DNA of 64,000 nucleotides from Takakia lepidozioides (lineage: Eukaryota > Plantae > Bryophyta), in assembly GCA_030704615.1 (NCBI GenBank), contig CM060732.1, positions 21,948,001 to 22,012,000 of the forward strand, in the 5' to 3' direction. Positions within the stretch are counted from its first letter, which is position 1; every line of letters begins with the position of its first letter. Shown here piece after piece: positions 41,439-54,805 of this stretch. Under the pieces are notes generated by a model. It did no database searches, was not told where the DNA came from, and worked only from the letters and a program-made list of their open reading frames with translations. A program made the translations under genes and the position numbers.

Positions 41439-43995
41439 TCACCAATAGTCTGCACAAGAACACACCCAGCCATCAAAGTGGTGAAAGCGATTGGCATCTT
41501 GTACAACAATTGCTGAGCCAACAATCTTGGAGATGAACTTGGTGGCGGTATGGCAGTGACCACACACCCGAAGATTTTTGATGACACGTCCCAAGGGGCG
41601 TGCTGATCAGCCCAAAAGCAATGGCCAGCTTCTCACTGTGGTAGCAAAGAGTACATGGCTGCATGCGGAGAGAACAGTAACACATATGAAGGTGATATTG
41701 TCTAGCTTCAAGCCTTCCTTTTGCATTCCTTCAAATAGTTGCAGGGCCTCCCTATGACAACCATGCTGGGCATATCCTGCAATCATCACATTCCAGGAAC
41801 CACAGTTCGCTCAGCCATACTTTCGAACATTGCCTTTGCATCTTCAATGCTGCCACATTTGGCATACATGTCCAGGAGGGTATTGTTCAGAATGACATCT
41901 GGTACAATCCCAGCTTTAATGATGTCACCATAGACCTTCCTACCCTTTTCCAGGGCTGCCAGGCCCGCACACGCATTGCAAACACAAACAAATGTGACCC
42001 GGTTGGGCTTCACACCTTCTTGCATCATTTGCTCATAAGTCTCCAAAGCCTCCATCCCACACCCATGCTGCACATATCCTGCAATCATCGAACTCCAGGA
42101 CACTACATCTCATTCAGCCATATTGTCAAACTCTCTCCCTTTGCACCTCTGATGTTGCTGCATTTGGCATACATGTCCACAAGGGTATTGTTCAGAATCA
42201 GATCTGGTACGATTCCAGCTTTGATGATGTCGTCATGGACCTCTTTGTCTTTTTCCAGTGCTGACAGGCTCGCGCATGCATTGCAAATGCAAGTGAATGT
42301 GACCCGGTTGGGCTTCACCCCTTCCTGCATCATTTGCTCATAGGTCTCCAAAGCCTCCAGCTCATATCCATGTTGGGCATATCCTGCAATCATTATATTC
42401 CAGGACACTACATCCCGTTCAGCCCATATTCTCGAACACTCCCTTTGCATCTCCGATGCTGCCACATTTGGCATACATGTCCATGAGGGCAGTGTTCAGA
42501 ATAACATCTGATACAATTCCAGCTTTGATAATGTCACCATGGACCTCTTTGCCCTTTTCCAGGGCTGTCAGGCTCACACATGCATTGCAAATACAAACAA
42601 ATGTGGCCCGGTTGGGCTTCACCCTTCCTGCATCATTTGCTCATAGGTCTCCAAAGCCTCCATGCCACACCCATGCTGCACATATCCTACAATCATCGCA
42701 TTCCAGGACACCACATCTCGTTCAGTCATATTTTTGAACACTCCCTTTGCATCTTCGATGCTGCCACATTTGGCATACATGTCCACGAGGGTAGTGTTCA
42801 GAATGACATCTGGTACAAGTCCAGCTTTGATTACATCACCATGGACCTCTTTGCCCTTTTCCAGGGCTGCCAGGCTCACACACCCATTGCAGACACACAC
42901 AAATGTGATCCGGTTGGGCTTCACTCCTTCCTGCATCATTTGCTCATAGGTCTCCAAAGCCTCTATGCCACACCCATGCCTGGCATATCCTGCGATTATT
43001 GCATTCCAGGACACCACATCCTATGCAGCCATATTGTCGAACACCCCCTTTGCATCTTTGATGCTGCCGCATTTGTCATACATTCCCATGAGGGTTTTGT
43101 TCAGAATGACACCTGGTACAATTCCAGCTTTGATGATGTCACCATGGATCTCTTTGCCATTTTCCAGGGCTGCCAGGCTTGCACATGCATTGCAAACGCA
43201 AACGAATGTGACCCGGTTGGGCTTCACCCCTTCCTGCATCATTTGCTCATATGTCTCCAAGGCATTCTTACCACACCCATACTTGGTAAATCCTACCATC
43301 ATTGTATTCCATGTGAACAAACCTCGTTCAGGCATTTTGTTGAACACTTGGTGTGCAGCCATGATGCTCCCGCATTGAACATACATGTTCACAAGGGTGT
43401 TCTGTAGAAAAACATTTGGTTTGAATCCACTTTGGGTAATGTGAGAGTGCACCTGCTTTCCCATTTCCAGGCCTTTCATCTTGACGCACGCATGCAAGAG
43501 ACAGACATAAGTATCTGTACCTGCTGAAATGCTTCCTTGGTTCAAAATTTGGAGAGCCTCTTTCAGTTTCCCTGCCTCACATAGTGTCCTCATATACCCG
43601 GAATTTCCAGAAGAGGTCCTGTGGACTCCCTCTCTTGGTCCTCTTTTGGAGGCTGTGGTCATTGTGAGAGTGCCTGATTTTATCAATTGTGCCCCTGCTG
43701 CTGCTTGCAGTTGACCATCTACTCATGCAGGTTTCTTGTAGCTATCAATAAGACGGCCTCCCAAAACCAAAGACCCTCCCAAGTACCTTGTAAACCCAAG
43801 AAAAACCCTTGCGCAATGCAATTTCATGGCCTGTTTAGGAACAACAACCTATGATACAGACAGGGACAGCCACTTTTGCAGAACAGAAAACCTTCTTCAC
43901 ATCATGTAAGAAGAAAGAGAGGTCCTAGGGGTAAACCCTCTAAACCTTGATATGTAGGTTGTCCCACCATTGTGAAGGATAAATATGCTCACCTT
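41439..43995 (-). pseudogene. PDF-PLS-PPR-DYW pseudogene (gene 3)
   Basis: About six PLS triplets with stops and frameshifts. ACSH joins directly to CYHSEKLA (S2/E deleted) and the gene ends CSCADYW-TGA at 41439. PDF remnants at 43946-43985 and 43700-43790. Confidence 0.88.
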
Positions 43996-44444
43996 TTTCC
44001 CTGGGATTCTCACTGGAGAACGCTCTCCTGGATGCGCCGTTTGAAGAAATGCCCTCCGCACAGTCGAGCTCTTTCTAACCCTTCTTGACACTTCATGGCT
44101 GTATATTATAGATCGCCTCGGCAAGCCAAACCTATCTAAACCTGTTCTAAATGCCAGGCCTTATCAACCTATGTAACCATTGTGCTCTCTCTCTCTCTCT
44201 CCTTTGAACATCAAACAGAAGCAGGGAAGAAAAAGGTCAGTCTCGACGAAGGGTTACTTCGTTCAAGAAGTTATTTTCGGATTTTTCGGGCAATCCGGGC
44301 AGATAGAAAGAAATTGACGACGTACGAAACGTGGCGACGACACATGGCAACGATGATGTGGCACTATAGCACCCTATTCCTGCTCTACGCTAAACTAGCT
44401 CTCGACCTTCAGTCGTCGCTAGAATTGAGCTAAAGGGATAAGTT

Positions 44445-44570
44445 CGAAAGGAACTGAATACAATAAAATTGAAGGGAACTGAATATAATAAAACTGAAGG
44501 GATAAATTTATTTTATTTTATTTAAAAAAAAAAAAAAAACTGAACTGAAGGGAACTGAATATTATGAAAT
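44445..44570. repeat. Short AT-rich tandem repeat of GAAGGGAACTGAATA(T/C)AATAAAA-like units
   Basis: Three to four visible units. Confidence 0.6.
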
Positions 44571-44590
44571 TATAGCATTCACCAAATTAA

Positions 44591-45473
44591 CCTCTAAACG
44601 TCCACGTCTGTTTTGGTATTTTTGCCTAAAAACACTACATACCCTGCATCGACATGTTGTAACTTTTGTAACTATTCATCCCATGGATGAACCGTACCAA
44701 ATGGAAGGTAAGGCCATGGTGCAAGTTCCCTGCAAATTTGAAGAAAGTTCACCGTTTCAGTAAAACGATTCTAGCAAAAGAAATTGGCTAATTTTTCAAA
44801 TTTTGGGAGAAAGTAGGGTACATTGCAGGTTTGACTAATGGTTTTCTCAAATTTTGGGTTTATGCTTGAGCCGCCTCATGTCCATAACATGATATCAAAA
44901 TTTGAAGCCCAAACCCAAATTCCCAGATGAGATGGGTCACTTTGTATGTGACCACAAGGGGGTACAAATTGCAAATTTTCCACACCCCTTACCTAATATC
45001 CAGCAGTGTCCTCAATTTTGATAAAAAAAAAATGGATTTCAATGGTGGGTATATAGTAGGGAACTCCAGCAATACACAGAAAATTTTGAGATAATTCACA
45101 AAATTGAGAAGATGATGTCGGTTTCTGTGAGATTTCCAGCGGTTGGCAACTCAGGCAGATCTCTGCCGGAAAATGCATGACTGCCGAAAAAAAGGCATTT
45201 CCAGCTAAGTATGAGGACGCCATGTTGCAGGTCAACTGGCATGGCGTCCCTCTGGCCATGCCATTTCTGCAAAAAATGCAGAAACCATGCATGCCAAAAC
45301 AAATTCCGGATGGCGCATTTATGCAATCTGCATGTTGTAAAGCCCATTAGAAAGCTCTCTTCAAGTGGCACATTCTATCTTCAGGATGTAGATTCATCCA
45401 ACTTCATCTGCGACAGTGGTGGGCCCCGAAAAAACTTGAGCGACCCGATTCAGGTCGCTTGAGCGTTTAGGGG
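44591..45473. mobile_element. Non-autonomous TIR element flanked by TTAA (piggyBac-like ends)
   Basis: TTAA|CCTCTAAACG ... CGTTTAGGGG|TTAA, with no long ORF. Confidence 0.6.
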
Positions 45474-46089
45474 TTAAGAATGGGTGGTCTCTCATTGGGG
45501 ATGAGCAAATAAATATAACTACCTCCCAGAAAGGTAGTCTACTAGTTTGTTTTTGCAACTACTTTCATGGAGGTGATTATAACATTATCTGCATGGAGGT
45601 AGTTATAATTTCCAACTTCCACAAAAATTCTAAGTGATTGACTCCATGGAGGCAATCCATTTATCTTATAACGTGGTCGGCCCTCCACGAATGAGCAGTG
45701 CCTCGCACACCTTGTCCCAACTTACAGCTAATTTGGTATTACAGAAGCAAGCACAATTGTATGCACATAGCTACTACAAGAATCCATGGTTGTTTGACTG
45801 ATCCTTCCCCACAAGGCAATAGATGAACAATCCCTAGCTACTTGAAGGGACCTCCTGATATTCACCAGCAATAGATGATCCGAATCTTGACTTTTGGGAG
45901 AAAAATCAAAGAAAAACAACACAAACCGGGTTAAGAAGGTGGACAGGGAGCCAGAGTCTTGCAAACTGTAAGAACCAATTTGGTTGCTAGATACTAGATC
46001 ACTACTTGTACATCTTTCTTAGAACAAAAGGAAGAGGAAACAGACGTACATCATTGCATAACATTATGGTAGTCTTGGCCTCCTTATAC

Positions 46090-46975
46090 CCTTGATTGGC
46101 ATTTGAAGTTTGGTCTTCTTTCCAGGCTCTCTAGTCTCTTCCATCTGGCAAGTCTCTTTCTCCCTACTGACGTTGTTGTCCACTCGAGCAAAGCATTCAA
46201 CTTTCCCCCACTTGATGCGATGGATGCATGCGCCTTACAATTGGAGTGTTTGCAATTTGAACGATTGCACTTGCTCTTCCCTTCAAGTTTGATCTTCTTT
46301 CCAGCTGATGGGAAATTTTCAGAGATATTTTGGGCTTGGCATGCAAGGAGGAGCGCTCTCCGTCAATAATTACAAGACCAGGGATACTTGCCTGATTTAG
46401 AGGCATTGGATTTCTCCCTCCCAAGTTGGTCAAACACACTTACACAAAAATGCAAGCATGCAACACGAATGAAGAAGATAATCGTCCAGCTTCAGGTCTA
46501 GGTCAAAGGCAAACTCCATCCACCCATTAGTAATGGTGTGGTCATCTCTCTGAAAACTTAGTTTCCACATCTCCCCCTTTGGGCTTTCGAAAGTTATGAT
46601 CTTATTGCGCCGGTGGTACGTGTGTTTCTTCATATAGGGGAGCGTCAAGAACTGCCATTGAGACAAAAAAGTAACGATGATTAGTCTAGAATTCTAGACT
46701 GCAAAATACAGTGTCATCAATTCACCAGTGAAAACACTCACAACAGACCACTTCTACAACTCTTCTTAGTCGAAGGAAATAGGCTGTTCTTACCACTCTG
46801 CACCACACGTTATCGTACATCATGCCTCGGCTCATCCTCTTTACGACAAACGGCTTGTCCTTAGCCTCCTTCCGGACTGCTTTCTCGAGTGCTCTTTCGA
46901 GCACCTTCGGCGGCATTGTAACAATCTCTCTCTTGTACACTCCAGGTATAGATCTACTTCGCTGAACCTCCATGG
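46090..46975 (-). pseudogene. B3-domain (REM-like) gene with a frameshift near 46470
   Basis: PFVVKRMSRGMMYDNVWCRV|intron|FLTLPYMKKH...ITFESPKGEMWKLSF...ITNGWMEFAFDLDLKLDDYL, then in a shifted frame FIRVACLHFCVSVFDQLGRE. This fits the B3 consensus. Confidence 0.7.
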
Positions 46976-47689
46976 CGGCCCTTGTCTTTGTAGAAACAGA
47001 AGCTCTCTAAGATGGGTTGGCCACTGCTTCAGAGAGCCCACACAAACTAGCATTTGTCCAACTAAAATCTACTCTGCAATGAGGAGAGAGTGCAAAGGTG
47101 GAGAGGTCGTCGAGAATAGTGCGGCCCAAGGATTTGGATGGATGAATAATTTCATGCATGTGTGATATGTTGTGCTGACTAGGTACATTATGCCGCTAAT
47201 CACAGCAGGGAAATCGCGATTCAGAGGGAGTGTCGAGGGCTAAGTCTGCATGTATTTCTCTTCTCTATCTGTGTTTCTTCTCTTCTCTCTCTGCCTCTCT
47301 CTTTTGATATTTCTGGCCAGCAAGAGACAAGATGTCTATCTAAAGAGGAGCAGGGTGTGTGCTGTCAGTCCGCACTGAGATCAAGGTACGTGTCCGGTTC
47401 TTTTTGTGTGGCTTGGAAGCCAATATAGCCAACCAGACAAACGGTTTTGGAAACTAGTTTTGTGATGATTCATCATGTCATCTTGGATGGTCTCTGGGTG
47501 GATTGTAGAGTGTTTGACGTGTAAAATAAGACCATCAGTATATGCCGCAAAAGTTCTAATAACCAATCTCTGCTCGGGTGCTTACTAAATTCATGATCAT
47601 TTAACTGATCGATAAATAAGGGACCTCTTCTATTCCGCCAATTTCCACACATCAGTTCTGAAATTCAAGAATGGTTTTCATGGTTTGCA

Positions 47690-48130
47690 AGCCCAGGTTT
47701 TATGAATGGACGATATTCCTCGGTTTGTTGATTTACATGACACACTTTTGGGGGCAAGCCAGTGCATCTCGAACTGTCGAATCTGATAATAATAATTTCT
47801 TCACCATTTCACAGGTCATTTGGGTGTAATTGCTATACTAGCAGTTTAATAGACAACCTGCTTCGTCGATTGGCACTCCTTTTCCACCATGCTTTCCGAC
47901 GCTCCTTCAAATACACATCGGGCCAGACTTCTCTCGTGCGCCGAGCTGGAGCAGGCGCGTGGCTTACGATACGACCAACCATTGCACCTTTCTGTATACA
48001 TATTCTGTTGTATTTACCACATCTCTACGAGTTCGACTGGGTCTTCCGCATCCCTCAGTGTTAGGACTAAAACAGTGTGTTTGTCGCCATCCTATCGATT
48101 CATTCGGCGTACATCTTCTTCAAATCCTCA
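47690..48130 (+). mobile_element. Fragment of a CRE-like (restriction-endonuclease-type) non-LTR retrotransposon
   Basis: RARLLS...GAGAWLTIRP...LRVRLGLPHP...CVCRHPIDSFGVHL across frames. Confidence 0.6.
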
Positions 48131-48614
48131 CGCCCCGCCACTATTGAATACATAGGGGTGCGGGCTGTCGAAAGCATTATGGTACAAACATATGTGCGTA
48201 CAGAGTGTAGAATCATGAGCTGAACACCATGGTGTCTTCACAATAAAGCACTCCAATTTAGTCTGACCCTTTTGCTAGTTGTCACTACTATGAACTACAG
48301 TAGCGTTGTTTGTTGTTTCCCTAGAAGAAACGGCTGGGAAAACAACCAAAAGCTAAACCAAGCTTAAACAGCGCACCGAGAAAGACCAAGATTGTAACGC
48401 ACGCTAAACCAACCCAAAGCCCAGAAAGAAAACGACAGTAGCCAATCGCACCGGCTCATGTCCTACGCAGCAGCCACAGAAACGTCCACCCAGAAAATCC
48501 AAGTCATCACGCCGCTACTCACTGCAAGACTCGGAGCCCAACACCGGACCGCGCGCCTTCTCCTATTTGAGGATAGTTGCAACGAAGAGTGGACCAAAAA
48601 GTTGAAGATGTGGC

Positions 48615-49078
48615 CTACATATAAAAGTACATAAGATAAAAAGATACATAAGATGTATCTTCATCAGTGTTTTTCCTCATTAGCTCTTCTTGTAATAGAT
48701 GTGTAATTAATATTTGTAGTGTTATATTAGGCATACAACGCAAAGAAACAACAAGTCCTTGATAGCTTTTGGGTAGACTGCGCATTAGTGCCAATGTACT
48801 ATCCTCATCAGTAATTGTTGATCTAGCACCTGCAAGTTGTTCAAGTAAAGTTTTAAAACTGATAATATGATCAAATATATTACCATCTTCACTCATTTTC
48901 AATGTTGCTAGCCTATCTTTAAGATACATCTTAGTTATGGCATCTTTTGACTAATATAGTCGAGTCAACTCTGCCCAAGCTTCTGTGGCAGTATTACAAT
49001 TACTAATGTGTAATACTTATGAATTTTTCAAACATGCAGTTAGCATATTTAATGCATCTATATTTCTTTGATCCCAAT
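48615..49078 (-). mobile_element. Copia gag (UBN2) fragment
   Basis: YLKDRLATLKMSEDGNIFDHI...LMRSLPKSYQGLVVSL. Confidence 0.8.
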
Positions 49079-50139
49079 CTAGGTTTTAACTAAATCTGGA
49101 CTAAAACATGAAATCTGGACTTTTCATAAATAGCGAAAAGTGATTAAAAAAATTAAAAAATGTATTAAAATCAATTTTAATACAGTTTTGGGGAATTATT
49201 ATTGAAAAAATAACATTCGATAATCATATGGCAATTGAGTAAGGGAGATCTCCATGCACTTTGTGCATGAAACGAGTAAAATCCACGAAACCAGATCATA
49301 TTTTAGCAATCAATGCAAGTGCTACACTTTCAAGAAATTGACTAAAGATATTCATCTCTGATTTTGAAATATAATTGAGATAGGAGTAGAAAAAATTAAT
49401 ATCATGTTCACAAATCACATTGTGGTCATTGACGAACATAAGACCTCCCGCTACGTAATATGGAACCGCTGGGACATAGGGGATTCCTGCGCCTTAGAAG
49501 GCTCCCCGATGTATGGCCGATACCCGGAGGTTGAGATGACCTTCAAGGGAAGTCTGACAGGCAGGAATCCCAGCGGCCCACTAGTTCCACTGCGTACTCA
49601 ATTTCAACCGCAAGATGAAGCAGTTAACAGATTATCAACTTAATATCGTCCAGGCCATACAAATCCTAGTAGTACTCACAAACTCTAGAAATGCACTCAG
49701 AAATTATGTCCATGAATCCCCGACTAGCATACAAAGGAAACCACACCTGAAATGCATTTCCTAACATGTACATTGCATCTCTGAAATGTTGAAACTCGAG
49801 GAAGAGGAAAAAGTCTATGTTCTGTGGACATTATTACACCACGGGAGATCTCCTATTCTCGTTTGTCCTACATCCTGAAATGCATTTCCTAACATCAGAT
49901 ATGTACATTGCATCTCTAATGTGTTGAATCTGGAGGAGAAGAAAAAATCCTAGTTATGTGGACATTATTACACCACGGGAGATCTCCCGTTCTCATCTGT
50001 CAAACAGCTAAATGACATTCGGGTAGATAGATACTTTGCGTTTTCGAAAGGTTGTAAGTGGAGCAGTCAAAAAATCTAAATCATGAGGCCATTATACCAC
50101 GAGAGGTCTCCCGTGGCTCTAGAATGGGCTTCCTCTTGC

Positions 50140-51220
50140 TTAGTTTGCTCGTTCGCAGCGTACTAGGCTACTACTAGACATTTTCATTTTCTTTGTCTGC
50201 GTCGTTCGCAGCGTACAGATTTTCTTTTGTTTTTTGTACCTCCATCTTTCCAATACGTTTGCAGCTTGACTTGGAGGTATTCTTACGAGGACGCATCGTC
50301 CACAAAGCGTTGTTTGTGTGAATCCAGGTTGGTGGATCAGACGGGTTGAACTCCCAAACTTTACTCCAACAATTTTTATATCTCTCCACATCGTCGGTTG
50401 TACTACCTTTAGGTCTCCACCATTCCACATGGACTCTGCGATACTAAGGTCTCGACTTGTCCCGAATGACCTCTGAAATTGCCACACCCATCCAGACTAG
50501 ATATGTCTCAGTATCTGCTGGCCGAACAAGAACGAAATTTCCAACCTCAACGTCTTTGAAAGGGTTCATTGGCTCCTTAGGCTTTTGGCTCCTTCATCCA
50601 CAATAGGGATCCATCTAATTCACATCCTCCTCCTCTTCCGCCTCTTCATCATTTTCAACGCAAATCCATCTCTTTCATGATTTTCCTTCCAAAAATTCGA
50701 AGGCCAGAATCCTTCCTGAAGCTTGTCATTGGGAGGTGGAAAAAATTTGTCAAGTTCCACTAGAATATCCTTACAGTATTCATCAAAGTTCTTCATGATG
50801 GCTCCATAGTTGTTGTCCAGCTCCATTCCACGTTTCCAAAATTCACGATACTTAGATATATCATTCACAATATGGACATTTTTCTCACGAGACTCCCCTT
50901 CACTCTTACCTTCCCAAATAGGCTTAAGTGGAACAGGGTCTGGGTCCCTCTTTGGGAGAAGGGGAGACCTCCTGTCCTCCGCCACCTTCCACATTTTCAC
51001 AACACCCTCTTTTGGAAGCCAGTTAGTGTCGGTACCCGATTTCTTGTATTTCATCACTGGCCATCCCTCACCATCAACATAAAATCGAAAAATATGCATG
51101 TCTATCTGCCCGATCAGCCTATCGTTCCCGTCAATTATATACTCGTCCACATACTTCTTGAAATCTGGAACCTCTTGTATCATCTGAGGAATGAATGAGA
51201 GCTTTTGAGACCTGTAAACA
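50140..51220 (-). mobile_element. C-terminal part of a Sola1-like transposase pseudogene
   Basis: Continues the reading broken at 58474 (SDLMRMF / RSQKLSFIPQMIQEVPDFK...HIFRFYV), with a 1-nt offset at the junction. Confidence 0.6.
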
Positions 51221-51436
51221 CAGGGTTGCACACGTCAGTGACGTCACGTCGGACCTGACGCTGACGCGACCAACGTCACGTCAGTTTTGCCGAAAAATCA
51301 GTAAAACATGAATTAGGTGAAAAATATGTCATTTAAGCGGACACGTTGTATTCCAAGTGACACCTTGGCAAGTGAATGAATTGTTTTATAAATTACTTCA
51401 TCCGCCAACATTTGTAAAATCATTATTGTTAAATTG

Positions 51437-52000
51437 GTGCGACCTCCAAATGGTGGTGGTCGCAGAATTTATCTTATTTTTTAATAGTTGCGACCACCAG
51501 CAGAGGGGTTGTCGCAGCATTTTTTTTAAAAAAAAAATAGATGCGACCACCAGCAGGGGTGGTCACATTTTTTTCTTTTCTTAAACAATTGCGACCACCG
51601 CTACTGGTGGTCGCACAATTTTTATTTTATTTGTAATAGGTGCGACCACCATCAGGGGGGTGGTCGCAACATTTTTCAATTTTTTAATATCTGCGACCAC
51701 CAGCATGGGGGTGGTCACAATATTTTTCTATTTTTTAACAGGTGCGACCACAAGCAGGGGGTGGTCGCAGCAAATTTTATTTATTTATTATTTATTTATT
51801 TTTAATAATCTCTCTGACCACGAGCATGGAGGTGGTTGCAGCATTTTTCTTTTTTTTAATAGGTGTGACCACCAACATGGGGGTGGTCGCAGCAATTTTC
51901 TGTTTTTAATATCTGCGACCACCAACATGAGGGTGGTCGCAGCAGTTTTTTTTTTAAAATAACATGCGACTTCCTCGTGCAACCTGGAGCGGTCGCAGCA
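51437..52000. repeat. Left subterminal array: ~11 palindromic TGCGACCACC...GGTGGTCGCA units, ~51-bp period
   Basis: Directly visible, with T-tract spacers. Confidence 0.9.
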
Positions 52001-52339
52001 TTGGATTCTGATTCGTCGAGCGTGTGAGGCTTGGAGGCTGGAGGGTATATAAGGTGGTCCAATGCCCCTTATTTCTTTTGTGGCAAATACTTTTGTGGCG
52101 AGTGAATGTTCTCTATTCCTTGAGCAAGAGTGTAAGCCTAAGAGGAGGGTGCGGACCGTTTGCTGTTGTGGCTTCCACCAGAGCCACTGCAGCAAATTGT
52201 CGAAAAACACAATACTACATGGTGCATTGATCCACTTGGATTGATGTCGTAGTGTGGGGCCATCGCATTCTGTTCTAACTTCTATTGCTCTTGACAAATC
52301 TATCAAGTACACTAGTGTTCTTCGTTCAACCTTAAGTCT

Positions 52340-54805
52340 ATGGTTAGGGTTTTGGGTGTGAGGATAAGGGAGGAGTTGATCCCTTGGTTCACCGTAGACC
52401 CGCACAAAAATGACAGTGTTCAATGCAATCTATGTGCATTGAAGCTGGCGGGTCGCAAAGATCGCATGTTATATCACCTCGGCTATAGAGATGGGAAGAA
52501 TGCAGGGGTTAGTTTGTGCCCAAAAGCCTCCATGCGAGTGAAAGCCCACTTTGCCCAATGTGGAGGCAATATCCCACCGTCTCTTGATGTGGCCGTGGCT
52601 TCTGAGCCAAACACTCCAGGTTCGAATCAAAATGTCTATCAGAGTTGTACCCAGGGGGGTTCTTGCGAGGCGTCTGCTGTTCGTGGAGAAGCCGGTGGGT
52701 CAGGAGCAACACCCGATTGTACGCCAGCTCTTGTACGGACCAGATCATTGAGGCAACAATCAATGCAAGAAGGCTTAAATTTGTCGCACAGGAGGACTCT
52801 GGATAAGAAGTGAGCCCAATTTCTCTACGAGGCCAATATTCCGTTCAATGTCTCGAGGCTTCCTGCGTTTGTGGCTGTTATCAAAGCCACGTCCGATTCC
52901 AAGTCCACATACACACCTCCAAGTTATCACGATCTCCACACAGGATTGCTAGAAGAGGCTATGTCTGACCTCACCCAAAAGGTGAATGAAAAGACAGGTG
53001 ATTCTCTCCGGAAATATGGAAGCACTATATGTGCGGACGGTTGGAGTTCTGTTACTAATCGACCACTGTTCAATGTCATGCTGGTCTGTCCTGCGGGGGA
53101 ACAATTTTGGGGATCCGTTGACTCAAGCGAGGAGAGAAAAGATGCACGATATCAAGCAGGGTTGTTGACGAGTTTCATCGATAAAATTGGAGCTAATAAA
53201 ATTGTCCAAGTGTGCACGGACAATGCATCTAACATGGTTAATATGGCCGATATTTTGATGGTACGATATCCCCATCTATATTATCAAGGGTGTGCTGCTC
53301 ATATCTTTGATCTCTTTTTGGAGGATTGGGGAAAAGAATCATGGATGAAACAACTAGTAAAAAGGGCAAAGTCGGTTATGACTTGTGGTGAAGTGACACC
53401 ATAAGTTACGCTCCCTTCGGGAGGCGTCATATTTTTCTTCCCTTAGTATGTGGGGATAGGGGAAGGTTAGCTTAAGGGCATATAGCCCATTGTTGTGGCA
53501 TTTGGATGATTTTTGGTTGAAATTGCTTGGTTTGAACCCACAACCACATCCAACGTGGTATGTTCCACAGGGAAGATGAATGTTGCGGCCAACAGTTTTT
53601 CGATCTCCGCCTTAATGAGGAGCGCTAAGTTGGGATTCACTCTTCTCTCTCGTTGTCATCGTGGCGTAGCTTCCGGAATCAGGGGAATGGAATGCATCGC
53701 CACATAAGAAGGCACACCCTTCAATTCGGTGTAGGACCATGCAAAGATGTCACGGAATTCTTTGAACAACACTTGGAATCATTCGTACACATCACATCCC
53801 TCTGGCATTGTTTAGAAAGCATGAACCCAAATACAGCCTTAGGAACACCCGGGTGAAACCCGCTTTGCCACAAACTTTTTGATGGTGGATCGACTGGTGA
53901 CTGTGAGGGCGGGTCTGGAGCAGGTGATCATTGACCCTCAATGGGATGCGTATGTGGGCACCTTACGCGACTCTCATAAGTCCGAACCTTTGAGCAAAAG
54001 TCGGAGGGTCCGCGTAATCATTCGCTCCGACGATTACTAGGCGAAATGTGCAAATTTTGTGTACATGGTGGAGCCGGTGTTGATTGCTTTGCGGGAGTTT
54101 GATGGAAAACAACCAATAATGGATAAAGCATGGTTGATATTGGAAAACCTTGAGAAGCACGTGCAATCCTTGAGGCGTCCTCCATTTTCTATGGACGATG
54201 ATTTGGTGGCAAGGACCAAGGATGCATTTTACGACCGCAAACGGATGGTTCGCACGGACTTGCAATACGCGGGGGCCTTGCTGAATCCATTCTTGCTGGA
54301 CAATACGGATTTGAGAGACGATGTGAATGCCAAAGCCGGGCTTGTACGGGTCATCATGCAACTCGCGCCCTTGAACATGGCAGAGCGAGCTTTGTCCGAA
54401 TACCAGTGCTTCTCGGATCGCCAGAATCCTTTCCATGACATGCCAGATCCAAAAGCAATGAACATGTTGCCACATGAACGGTGGGATCTGATTGGAGCTG
54501 GAGCAAGAACATTAGCTCCTATTGCAAAGCGTATTTTTGCTCAAGTGTGCTCTGCCTCGTCCTGTGAGCGGAACTGGAGCAGTTACTCGTTTGTTCACAA
54601 CAAGATTCGCAACAGGTTGAATCCTGCCAGGGCTGACAAATTGGTTTATGTCTACACGAATTGTAGGCTACTGCGAGAGAGGACAGCAAGTGATGCATCT
54701 ACATGGTACGAGAAGAATCTGTTGTCTAAAGAATCTGCCTCAGAGGTCCAATCTAGCAGCAATGATGACACCGATGCCGCGAGGGACTCCGACTCCGACG
54801 GTTAG
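52340..54805 (+). pseudogene. hAT transposase (BED finger, DUF659, dimerisation domain)
   Basis: CNLC...HL, ICADGWS, QVCTDNASNM, CAAHIFDL, ETRFAT and SSCERNWS. Stops at 52811 and 54038, and an insertion at ~53383-53778. Confidence 0.93.

Noticed and set aside
42020-43407. Long plus-strand ORFs over PPR repeats (also antisense ORFs at 5783-8056)
   Set aside because: These are shadow frames of repetitive PPR coding sequence.
51437-52000. CRISPR-like array of palindromic repeats with spacers (also 57745-58232)
   Set aside because: The context is eukaryotic, spacers are low-complexity A/T tracts, there are no cas genes, and the arrays are mirrored at the two ends of a hAT.
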